From NCBI RefSeq assembly GCF_009914755.1, contig NC_060939.1: a DNA stretch of 64,000 nt. One strand, given 5' to 3'. The position numbers and the translations under genes are program-made. Below are positions 1 to 11,233 of the stretch, one piece after another; the first letter of the stretch is position 1; each line of letters begins with the position of its first letter. This DNA comes from the human T2T-CHM13v2.0 reference genome, Homo sapiens. The notes under the pieces are model-generated. The model saw only the letters and a program-made list of their open reading frames with translations, searched no databases and was not told the DNA's origin.

Positions 1-3000
1 CACATCCTTTATCCTCCCACAGAGCCAAAGATTCCTGAAGACAGAGCTGATGCGATGTACTCAAGTGGGTCTCTGCCTCTCAGTGGTGGCCTTGGTCTTC
101 AAGTTTCAGCAATTCTGGGAAGCCAAGGACACCTCCATCTCCTCCTCCCTGATCTGCAACTCATCTAAGAGCAGCTTTCTCATTGGAATGTCTTGTGTTT
201 AAGGAACAAGAATCCCTGTTTCCGGTTTGGGTGCCCAAGTGCACCTACTGGATCCAACCCAGGATTGGAGATACTTTGCAGAACACAACATCATCTGGCA
301 CATGACCAGCCATGGTGTTTCACTTTCACAATTTCAGCTTCCTTCACTGATTGCAGCATAATCGTGGTTCAGCAGCCTCCAAGACCAGGGCTGATGTGGG
401 CGGCTACAGGGAGAAATTCAAGAGGAAGTTCTTGGTGGTGCCCTCCATGAGTACAAAGAAGCCTCAGTCCCCAGGACACCCTTCCGTGCATGGTGTCACT
501 GACATCTTTATTTCTTTTGTCACGTTCTGTAAATCACAATGAATGGGGTATTCTTCTTCTATTATATATTTGTTAAGTCTTTTTTGGCATCTTTAAAAAA
601 AAGTGGTAACTTTATCCTATGTAATATCCCTGTTAAGTCCTAAAAGTCTTTTCTGATGTCTATTTTGTCTGAAATTTGCACAGCTACTATAGCTTTATTT
701 CGGTTCATATTTTCATAATCCATGTTTTCTCATCCTTTTATATTTGTGAATGTGTAAAGTAACTTTCTTGTGCATAGCTAAGAGTTTGGTCTTGCTTTTT
801 TAAATCGACTATAAGTTCTATTTTTAAACTAATATTTTCTCTTATTTTTTGTTTAAGATAGCATTTTATAATGATGTTTATTTCTCCATTAACATATTAC
901 CTAATTCACTTTTTATAAATATTATATTTGTTACCATAAGGTTTGCAAAAGGAGCGATTCTTCATTTTGGAACCCTTTCTTATTTTCTGGGTACCATGAG
1001 AAATTGTAGACTTTACTCCTATATTCTCTTTCCAAGCCCTAGGATTAGCCATTTTTCCAAGAAATGTTGCATACCATTCTGCTATGAAAGGAACCAAAAC
1101 TCAAATCTTGATTCTGGGTGTATTTTTTGTTAATTTGCTGTCTTTTCTTGTAGAACCTCTCAGGTAATGACTCTAGGAGGTATGTGTTGTGTATTAACCC
1201 ATATATACACACACATCTAAACTATTTTTATTTAATTTTTATACCTATATTATGCTAAACTTGCAAATATATTGACACATCTGCCCTGTTAATACCACAT
1301 GAATGTTTATTACCTGCCTTCTATTCCTGTCCCTAACCTCGCACTCCAACCGTGAGGAACCCCCTCCTGCCACACCCTGTCTATTCCCTTTGTAGTCCAG
1401 TTCCAGGATTTCTGTAGAGTGGAACCAGATTGTGTATGTTTTGCTCTTTTGTGGAACATCATCAGCTGGGGTACAGTTCTGACGTGCACTTTCTTTATTC
1501 TTTTATTGACTACACTATTTCTGAGGTCACTTGGCACCTCTTCTGATTTCATACATTTGTAATGACATTAGATATTTTCTATATTGTCTGCATTCTATCC
1601 TGGAATTCCTAATCTCCTATTTATTTATATTTTTGTGAATTGGAATTAACCCTTTATGCTGTATATTCTGTTGATTTCAACAAATTCATATCACATATTT
1701 ACCATTATAATATTATACATAATACTTTCATCACCCTTTTAAATCTATTTTTTACCCATTTTCATCATCTCCTTAAATTTCTCGCAAATACAGAATCACT
1801 TTGTGTGTTTGGACTTCTCCAGAATATCAAATAAATAACATATTATGTAGCTTTTTCAGACTTGTTTCTTTCACTTAACAATATGCATTTAAAATTCATT
1901 TATGTATTTTTATGGTTTGATAGCTCTTGTTTATAATTGCTGAATATTATTCTATGAATTTACCGCCGACTGTTTATCTACTCACCTACAGAACTTCTTG
2001 AGTGTTCCTAGTTTTGACAAATATGAATGAACTTACTGTGATTATTCATGTGTAGTTTTCTTTGTGGTCATACATTGAAAGTCAGATAGATAAATACCTA
2101 GGAGCATGGGTGCTGGATTGCATGCCAAAACTATGTTGAGATTTGACTGAATTTGCCTCCTAGAATTTCTGTGAAGTGGAGGCGCTCAGCTGACCCTGTC
2201 TCCTTGCTGGGAGGAAGCTCAGTGCTCAGGGTGGGGCCACCTGGGTGGATCCAGGCCAAGCTCCCTCTCAACAATTAGGGACAGCAGCCTGCCCTGTGGA
2301 TGCACATCTAGGAAACAGATGCCCCAGACATGCATTGTCCAGGACCACAGAGATGCTTAGGAGTCAGACAGGAAGGGGCACACTGAGGAGCAGGTGCTGG
2401 GATAGACCAGGAGGGGAGCTTCTAGCAAAATCCTTGGTTCTCCTTTAGCGAAACTATATCTAACTCCCAGGAAAACTTCCACTCCATCATTTGTAACCCA
2501 TGCCCTGAAATTTCCATGCTCAAACTCAGTAAACTCAGTGGATTTAGCTGGAAGTGTGAAAAAAAACTAAAATGAAAATGACTCGTTAATTCTGTGATAA
2601 TTGGTCATTTTCTAGGGAACACCCCAATAATATTGATGATCATAATGTTAATGTCAAAAGCAACATACACCGTCAGCATGATGGCAGTGTGTCTCCTGGT
2701 AGAATATATTTATTACTTGAAAATTATGCTCAAAGCAGTCTTTTCCCACAGAAAATCCCACTTTCTCTTCTCACACAGTCAATTTCAGTATCCTGATCCT
2801 CAGAGTTGGAAGCACGGTGTCCTCAGGAGATAGGAGGGAAAGTCACTAGCATGGCCCTGGAGTCTTGGTGCCAGATTCTTCATCTTTGTGGCAATCAAAA
2901 GGCAAATATTCTGTACCTACTTGAAGGACTTCATAAGCAAATTACGATTTAATTTACAAGAACACTATGTCACACGTATACACACAGGTTTTTTATATTT

Positions 3001-3193
3001 GTTGTCTTTTCCGTGATTATCTCTTACAGTGTTGTATATTTAATATATTCATTTTATTTTAATTTTATGTAGGTTCCTCATTCCTTCATATGTGTATTAC
3101 ATTTCCCTGGAACTATCACGTATTTTATATACTTAGCAATGGAAAGCTCCTGGTTTTAGTTGTCTGTGCAGCAGGCAGGGGGAGGAGAAGAAA

Positions 3194-3470
3194 ATGGGTC
3201 ACACTCCTGACCCTGCCTGCATAGCCACAGGTTCCCAAAAGCAGAGGTCCCTGCTGTGCACCTTCCCTGGGACAACTTTCTTATTGATGGGTCTTGTGTT
3301 TAATTAATGAGAGTTTGTTTTAGGGGTATGGGCCCAGGTGCAGCTACTGAATCCAGTGCAAGAGTGGAAATAAGCTTCCAAAACAGTATCACCTGAGAGA
3401 GAACTGAGTCCATCCCTGTAGTACCATCTGAGTTACAGCTTCCTGGGCAAAGGCTCAGAATCATAAAAAC
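3194..3470 (+). pseudogene. Highly degenerate IGHV relic, 5' part (leader, intron, FR1/FR2 remnant)
   Basis: ATG at 3194 to ...ATAGCCACAG|GT (leader end like IGHV GCAGCCACAG|gt). A 93-nt intron ends TTTGTTTTAG at 3323. An exact 11-nt L-part2 (GGGTATGGGCC) is followed by CAGGTGCAGCTA (QVQL). FR2-like CCTGGGCAAAGGCTCAGAA lies near 3442. No open frame. Confidence 0.6.
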
Positions 3471-3709
3471 TTTACATATGTGTCATGTGCTGTGATTCTT
3501 CTGTGTCACTGTATGTTGAGCTATATCTGTGTGGTGCCACTTACACTTAATGAGATGAGATTCCTTCTACTTGTTTCACGTCACTCGTGATCTCTGAAGC
3601 TACTTCAGATTTCTGCTTTAATATGTAAAGAGCATGTCAATCATCACCCACATTCTTACCATAATAAAAGTCTGGAAAATTGATTATCAATGATTTCTTG
3701 GATCTATTG

Positions 3710-4497
3710 AAGAAATGAAATTGCAGGGAAAACCAGGACCCAAAAACTAGAAAGACATTAAAATAGAGATCATAACACTGACGGGACAAACTTTCTGTGG
3801 CAATAAGATACCCAATTATAAACAAGACCTAAGGCCATGCCAGGCAGGGATTAAGTCACTCACCCCTACACTTAAAAAATAGACTATGTTGTAACTGCCA
3901 CAGGGCTTTTTGTTTTTCTCTAACAGCTAAACAAACACTGGTTCTGAGATAAGCAATATTAAAACATTTGCAGTTCATGGAACTTCAGACATGGAGTAAT
4001 TGTGACCTTGTTTCACAAGCCATAAATAGAGCTTTGATTGGACAAGAGATGGATTTCAGTAACTTTCTCCTGAAAAGAGACCACTGACCATAGACTTGGC
4101 CTCACCAATTTCCAGAGGCTGTGCACTGTGTTTTTTTCCGCCCCTGCACAAAGCCCTTTTGATGTGCAGGGCCCAACTGTAATTCAGTTAGTTCTTAAGT
4201 CCTCACCCCAAAGCAAACATGAAGTGCATGTAGCGTGTCTGTCTGATTATTAGACCTGAGAGCATGCCTGCCATGTGAATATCCACAGCTCCTATAGCCT
4301 GCTGAGTGTGTATACTTGGCCAACCCATTCACATGAATTCATTTCTCGTCTTTCCCTGTCTTGAAGTACCTGCTCAATGTCTCTGTGGGAGGCTTTGCTT
4401 CCCAGCCTGTTAAGATGGCCGTCCTGCAGCTTCAATCCTTTCTCAGAAATAAAGTCCCCTTTCTAAATCAATAAATTGGGTGATTCTTCAGTTGACA
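3710..4497 (+). mobile_element. ERV1-class solo LTR, MER39-like
   Basis: 3' end AATAAAGTCCCCTTTCTAAAT...TTCTTCAGTTGACA and internal motifs match recalled MER39-type consensus. 5' boundary approximate. Confidence 0.6.
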
Positions 4498-5840
4498 GCA
4501 CAAGCTGGCGGAAACATGGTAATTCCATAAATGTCTGGAGGACAGGTGTAGACAGGGATGGGGTAAGAACTCCTGGGGGGCCACACACCCCACACTATCA
4601 TGGAATTTCCCTCCAGAAAATTCTGGGTTCTCAAGATGAGAGTCCAAACAGAATCACTCGTAGCTCTGTCGTCAGGAGAACTATTCTGTGATAAATATGC
4701 CCAGAACTTTCTCCTAACAGATGCTACAGAGACAAAATACTTTTCAAGATCTTTATTCTATGTGAGAGGAAGGGATTCTTTTCCATCCCAGACAGCTTCA
4801 TCTTAGCCTTCCCGTGTCATGAAAAGGGGTATAATTAATAAACAACTGGGGTCAGATTCAAGAAAATAATCTGTGGATGCTGCAGCCAGGAAGGGGAGTG
4901 GAGGATGGAGGAAAATCCGCTGTACCACTGGAGACTCCTTGTAAAGGGTGCAGCCTAGAGAAAACACAGCAAGAAAACATTGGAAGTCAATTTCCAGAAC
5001 ATATACTGCTCCCCTGTCCACTGCATTACCTCCCCTCCTCACCAATAGGATTAATCTGGATTAAAGAGAAAAGTGTGATAATGCACAGACTCTGTCCAAA
5101 CACTACAACTTAGGGAAACCAAAGGCAGTGGGAGAGAACAAGTCAAGGACAGTGAAGTGATTCAAAGCCTCTGAGAACAACAGCTTCAGGACCAAGGTCA
5201 CAGCCTCTCCCTCAATGGCCTTAGATTTACTTCTCATGGGGCATCTGCAGGGTTCCCAGGTGAGAACTGGCAAAGAGAACATGAAGGCACTTCCCAAATC
5301 TCCAGTAATACTGAGCTTGCTTTAGCTCTGTCTGGAAAAAATAACAACAACAAACACAAGCAGGACTATGGCCAGTGTTGGAAGCACTTTTCATTGAGAC
5401 ACTTGGAAGGAGGGCAAATCTGAGTCTCGTTACTGTGCAAATGTGCCACTGTGAGTGTATGTGTGTGTGTGTGTGGGGGGGTGCTTTGAGACATAGGGTC
5501 TTTGTGTAAAGTTACAATCTGATGTGATCGTCAACCACAGAATCCTAAAAAAAAATAGAGGCTGCCCCAAAGTTCCCATCGGTTCCTAGACTTGCCATGT
5601 GTCCGGACCCTATCAGTGCACCTAGAACTCCAGGGAAGGGGCTCCCTGGTGGCTTTAGTGATTCCTTGTTGCTGTGCTGAGGTCTCCCGGTAGATTATGT
5701 CGGGTGTTCTAAGGCCTATTTGCTACTGTAAGAGATGGTGGGAGAAGCAATTGCTGCCATTGAAAGAGCATTCTGAGTCAGGGCAAGGCCACTTCATACT
5801 GTGCTTGAGACGCTGGGAGGAGAATTCTCTATGAGCCCAG
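4080..5840 (+). repeat. Copy 1 of ~1.7 kb intra-window duplication (copy 2 at ~20610-22330)
   Basis: Colinear similarity by eye. The spurious ORFs 4600-4806 and 21129-21335 translate to near-identical peptides. Confidence 0.9.
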
Positions 5841-5849
5841 ACAGGAACT
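5761..5849 (+). pseudogene. Degenerate IGHV relic, 3' part (FR3 end plus decayed 23-RSS)
   Basis: CAGGGCAAGGCCACTTCATACTGTGCTTGAGA resembles GAGGACACGGCCGTGTATTACTGTGCGAGAGA. Heptamer-like CGCTGGG at 5811-5817, exactly 23-nt spacer ending GAGCCCAG, nonamer-like ACAGGAACT at 5841-5849. Confidence 0.6.
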
Positions 5850-5870
5850 TTCCTGCAGGGCAGGAGCTGA

Positions 5871-5885
5871 GCTGCAGGGGGCGCT
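5871..5885 (+). promoter_or_regulatory. Candidate CTCF site downstream of the relic RSS
   Basis: GCTGCAGGGGGCGCT matches the CTCF core. CTCF motifs just 3' of VH RSSs are established in IgH loci. Confidence 0.55.
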
Positions 5886-6465
5886 CAGGGCGCACCCAGC
5901 ACAGGATCCAGCCCTGGAGCAGGTGCACAGGAGGCTGGGGAGGGGTTTTCTCTCAGGAATTGAATGTTCTTTATTTCAAAGCAATAATAACCTAAAATCT
6001 AAATAAGAATGTAGTAAGTACTGATGTGTCTTTAAGTATTCTATTATATATGTAGCCTATACCTAACCAAATAATTGAATGCAAACAGCATTTAAAAGGA
6101 GAAATGTCTGGTCTTTTCAAATGTATTTATAGTTAGGAATTGAAGAGTGGTTTTATTAATTCAATGGGTGTTACTGTCGGAAGATACACTCATCCCAGAA
6201 TTTAGATGTGCAGAGGTCAAGGCCCAGGAAAAGTTCAGGTTGTCAGGGTGCCATATGAACAAGAAATGACATTGAGGACAATGTCCTGGGAGATTCTGGT
6301 TTTCTGTAAAACGAGTTCTGTCTTCATGGACTTCTGAGCATAACAGAGGGCAAATATCATTAAACAAAGTTCAGGGCAGGGAGCTCTGCATCCCACTGTG
6401 GCGTGGTCCGTGTGTCACCTATCTTCTTCCTCAGGTTGAGGTGGCTTGAGCTATGAAATACCTGC

Positions 6466-6482
6466 CTCGTGAATATGCAAAT
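6466..6482 (+). promoter_or_regulatory. IGHV promoter: heptamer-like CTCGTGA plus intact octamer ATGCAAAT
   Basis: ATGCAAAT at 6475-6482, about 107 bp upstream of the leader ATG. CTCGTGA (consensus CTCATGA) at 6466-6472. The TATA-like box appears decayed (TACATA near 6502). Confidence 0.85.
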
Positions 6483-6588
6483 GCACTGCTGTCTACCGAG
6501 GTACATACAGATCTGTCCTTGCCCAGAGAGCATCACACAACAACCACATCCCTCCCCTACAGAAGCCCCCAGAGCACAGCACCTCACC

Positions 6589-7015
<427 letters not shown>

Positions 7016-7054
7016 CGCAGTGTGAAAACCCACATCCTGAGAGTGTCAGAAACC
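7016..7054 (+). promoter_or_regulatory. V recombination signal sequence (23-RSS) with mutated heptamer
   Basis: CGCAGTG (CAC>CGC) at 7016-7022, 23-nt spacer at 7023-7045, IGHV1-type nonamer TCAGAAACC at 7046-7054. Confidence 0.9.
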
Positions 7055-7807
7055 TTGAGGAAGGAGGCAGCTGTGCTGGGGGTGAGAAGATGACAGGATT
7101 TATGAGGTTTAAACGTGTTTAGAAAATGGGTTAAGTAATTGAGGAAAAGAAGCAATAGAAAGATGTATACACTCTAATTATATAGGAAATAGTCTTTTCA
7201 ACTTTCACCCTGTAAGTAAAATTCACAGAATGGGAAAGGCAGCAATCAATCAGGCTGATGCAAACACTCCCATGGAAGCCTTGTGGGGACATAACATTTT
7301 AAAATCGAATGGATAAATCATTTGGAGCAGGATTGCTTTATCACGTGGTAAGACTAAACATAATTTCTAAGAAGTGGCCAACATTTCTTCCAAAATGTCT
7401 TTGCCACTTTTTTTACATTACATTTATTTTAAAACACTTTTAGGATCACAGCAAATTTGAGTAGAAGAAACAGAGTTCCCATGTATTCCTGCCCAAGATA
7501 CGCACAGACTTCTCCGTGATCAATACCCTGCACTGAAGTAATAACTTGCAACTGACAAACCCGCATGGACACATTAATTGTTTCCTTTTCTGGCGTCCCC
7601 TAGTATAACAAGCCTAAACTATCTTGAAACACCCCGGGTTCCTCAAGCGGATTACTGGGAATGATGCCAGGTAGAGGGAAAGTGGGTGGGGACGTTCCTC
7701 TTTGCACTCTTTCCTCAAGAATCCATAAAATGTACATTGATTTGGAGCTCATCTGACTTGTTTTTCTATGCCCCTTCCCAGAGGGTAAGGTCTCCAAGCA
7801 TTTACAG

Positions 7808-8134
7808 CAGAGGTCCCCAACCCCTAGGCAGTGAACCAGAACTGGTCAGCAGCCTGTTAGAAACCAGGCAGCACAGCAGGTGAGCGGCGGGTGAGCATCA
7901 CTGCCTGAGCTCCGCCTCTTGTCAGATCAGCTGTGCACTAGATTCTCCTAGGATCCAAATTCTATTGTGAACTGGGCATGCAAAGGACCTAGTTTGAGTG
8001 CTCCCTATGAGAATCTAATGCTTGATGAATGCAGGTGGAGTAAGTTCATCCCATAATCACTCACCGCCATCATCCATGGAAAAATTGTCTGCCACGAAAC
8101 CGTTCCCTGGTGCCAAAAATGTTGGGGACCACTG
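7808..8134 (+). mobile_element. MER1B hAT-Charlie DNA transposon
   Basis: Terminal inverted repeats CAGAGGTCCCCAAC / GTTGGGGACCACTG, ~330 bp, characteristic internal sequence. Confidence 0.8.
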
Positions 8135-9399
8135 GTGTAGAGGAAGGTCTGTGCCTGTGAAAGGCCAGCAGCTTCTGGTGAATCCCATAATCAATGTCCT
8201 TTAATGAGAAGTGAAGACTTTGGCCATGAGGGCTTTCATGAATAATGCCCTTCAGTTGAATTCAAAACACTATAAGCTCTTGGGGGGTGTTTCTGGATAA
8301 AGGCCTTTGTGAAGAAAATACAAACACATGCATGGGATCCAGGCAGGAAAAAAGCTTCCCTTAGAAAGTGGTTTGGTACCTGGAAGGAGCTCTCAGGGTT
8401 GGGCACTGGACCCCTTGCTGGCTGCACTTTAGCCAGAGGCCTGAGCCTGATTGATCTTGCAGCGAGAGAGCCTCACTGGGGTCACAGGTTACCAAAATGC
8501 CTGTCATCTTCCAGCTGAGCAAGCCCATCTGCATGCTTGTCACTGTCAACCCCATGAGGGGTGCACTCTGGAAGATGACAAGATGCACACAAACCTCCTC
8601 CCCCCACTTATCCACTACCACACAATCGAAACCAATTTATATTCCAGAAAGGGACAGGTGCCTGCAGGGATAAACAGAATGGAAGTATTATCTTACCTGG
8701 GAAAGACACTGCCAAATACCACATGTTTCAGGAAGATCAACTCATAAGTGTTCAGGAAGTGACTGAAGGGCAACGGTGGGTGAAGTGACGTGGCAGCCTC
8801 AGGGCTGCATGTGAGGAGGACTCCCTCCCCCATGCAGGCTTTGCCTCCAGGAGCTGCACCAGGAACTCACAGAGGATCAGGAATTATTCTGAGAACATAC
8901 TTCTGAGTGCTGCCTACAGGGAGAAAATAAATTATAAAAAATAAATCAATTCTAAACAAAATATGACATTTGTTATTAGAAACTATTTCTGGAACCTGTG
9001 GGAAACAAACCAACCCTGTGGCTGACAGCAACCACCGGCAGCCACCATCCCCTCCACAGCCCTGTGTTTGGAACATCACCTGAGTGATTGTATAAGGAAC
9101 TTTCTTTCAGAATCATCTTAAAAACTTATGTGTCCCATTTCACATGGAGAGGTCATCTATCCATTTTGTCTTCATAGAGAAATAGAAGGAGGTGAATACC
9201 AAATACACTTCATATCTCCGGATTATTCAAATCTAATTGCCCCTTTATCACCTTCTGATTTCTGGTCTACACAGAACAATCTGCAAATTTTTCTCACTGG
9301 TGTTATACTAAAACTTGTGAAGGGCCAGATACTGGAATAATTTCAACTTACATTATTATTCTAATAATTCTAAGAATTTAGAATTAAGATTATCCTCTT

Positions 9400-10015
9400 T
9401 TCATAGATGGACAAACTAACCTAGATATTTGAAAATAAACCCTTAACTGAGACTGAAAAGATCAGCCATAGATTTGGAGAATTTGCTTGCAAATCCAATA
9501 TTTGGAAAAGGGCTTTTATCACAAATATATAAATTGACTTATAATTGAACAAAAACAAAACCACAAAATTTATTTTTAAAATGGGCAAAGACCTGAAGAG
9601 AAACCACATCTAAAAGTAAAGATAAAAAGTGATCAGTTTGATTTTTATTAGGTAAATGTACATTTAATATTCAAAAAATACTGCTAACCTGCTAAAATGG
9701 GTAAAATAAACAATATAGACAATACCAAATGGTGAAGAGAAAGCTGAAAATCAGGAACTTTCACTTACTGCTGTTGGGAATGCTAAAATGGTACATAGAC
9801 AACTACAGTTAATAATTTATTGTATATTTGAAAATAGCTAGAAGAGAAAATTTAGAATGTCCTTAACACAAAGAAATAATCAATGATTGAGATGAAGGAT
9901 ATCCCGGTTATCCAGGTTTGATCACTGCACATATTATTTTATCAAAATATCACATGTACCACATAAAGGTTTTGAACTGTTATGTATCTGTATAAATTCA
10001 ACATTTAAAAATCAA
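9400..10015 (+). mobile_element. Old L1M-type 3' fragments
   Basis: L1 3'UTR-like motifs (AATAATTTATTGTATATTTGAAAATAGCTAGAAGAG...ATATCACATGTACC). Boundaries approximate. Confidence 0.6.
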
Positions 10016-10356
10016 ATGCAGGGGAATCCAGCTAATTGCAGATTCCCATTAGATGGGATGCTCTATGTAATCTGTAAACTAATCAGAATCTGTGGGTTTG
10101 TAAAAGGACTTTAGAAATCAACTAGATTACTTGTTTCTAAAGATAAGTCTTGCAAGTTTAATTATTTTCCTAATGGGGGGCAATTTTGAACACAGAAGAA
10201 ATGTTAACATTTGTTTCTTGTAACTTTTCTTCTAGTATCAGGAGAGAAGGTTTGCAGGGAGGAATCTGGGACCATCTTTCATGTCTCAACTTTAAAGTGA
10301 TTACCTCAATGAATATTTTCTGATACCCCTGATTAGGATAAGTCTCATATATGTCC

Positions 10357-11233
10357 TATAAACTAAAAATAGAATTCTAAGCAACCCAACTGGCTGAATG
10401 GACCCTTCCTCTTCAAAAAGGAGTTCCAGAGATACTTGAAAAGCTAGTTTAGGCCATGTTAGCAAGAAAGGATCAGAAATGCCTCATTATGCACTCCTGC
10501 CTTTGGAATTCAAGCACAACTAACCAGCATTTTCATTCAAACAGATCTTAAGGCTCAGAAAACAGATTCTTTGTAGCAGTAAGATACCAAATTCTAACCT
10601 GACTCAAGAATAGCATCACATGACAGCAGGCCTTGAGAGGAATCAAAGTCTTTTGCCCTAAAGTATATTTTTGACATATTTTAAATTGCCCTGCACAGTT
10701 ATATTTTGTGAGAGAAATTTACATTCTGTAGAGAATCGCTTTACCTTTCCAGGTGTTTTTGTTATATGGAGGAGATTAACTGAGAGTCTAGCATCTTTTA
10801 AAGGTCTTAATAGAAAACACTTGCCATCTATTGCCTCTAAGGGTGGCCACATAAGAGACTTCATCTGCATAATAAGAATATTGTTCTCCAAAGCCCGCTC
10901 TCTAAATCTAGAAACTTTTTCAACTGATTTCAGGTCTTTAGATAAAACCTTAAGTCTTTTAATCAATTGCCAATAAGAAAAACTTTGAATCCACCTGTAA
11001 GCTGTAATCCCCTCCCCACACTGCCTCACTTCTTGCTGTTTTGTCTTTATAGACCAAATCAACACATATCTCACATGTATTGATTGATGTCAAATGTCTC
11101 TCTAAGACATTAGATATAAGAGCAATCAAACCACTTTGGGCACATGTTCTCAAGGTCTTCTAAGGTGTGTCACAGGGCATGGTCCTCACATTTGGCTCAG
11201 AATAAATCTCTCTAAATATTTTGCAAAGTTACC
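10357..11233 (+). mobile_element. MER4-group ERV1 LTR (MER4D-like), cut near its 3' end by the L1
   Basis: Start TATAAACTAAAAATAGAATTCTAAG and end TTTGGCTCAGAATAAATCTC resemble recalled MER4-group LTR consensus. Confidence 0.7.

Noticed and set aside
1-500. More GC-rich segment with short ORFs (193-450, 351-542), possibly a retrocopy fragment
   Set aside because: The frames I translated contain stops and resemble no protein I can name; the segment is cut by the window edge.
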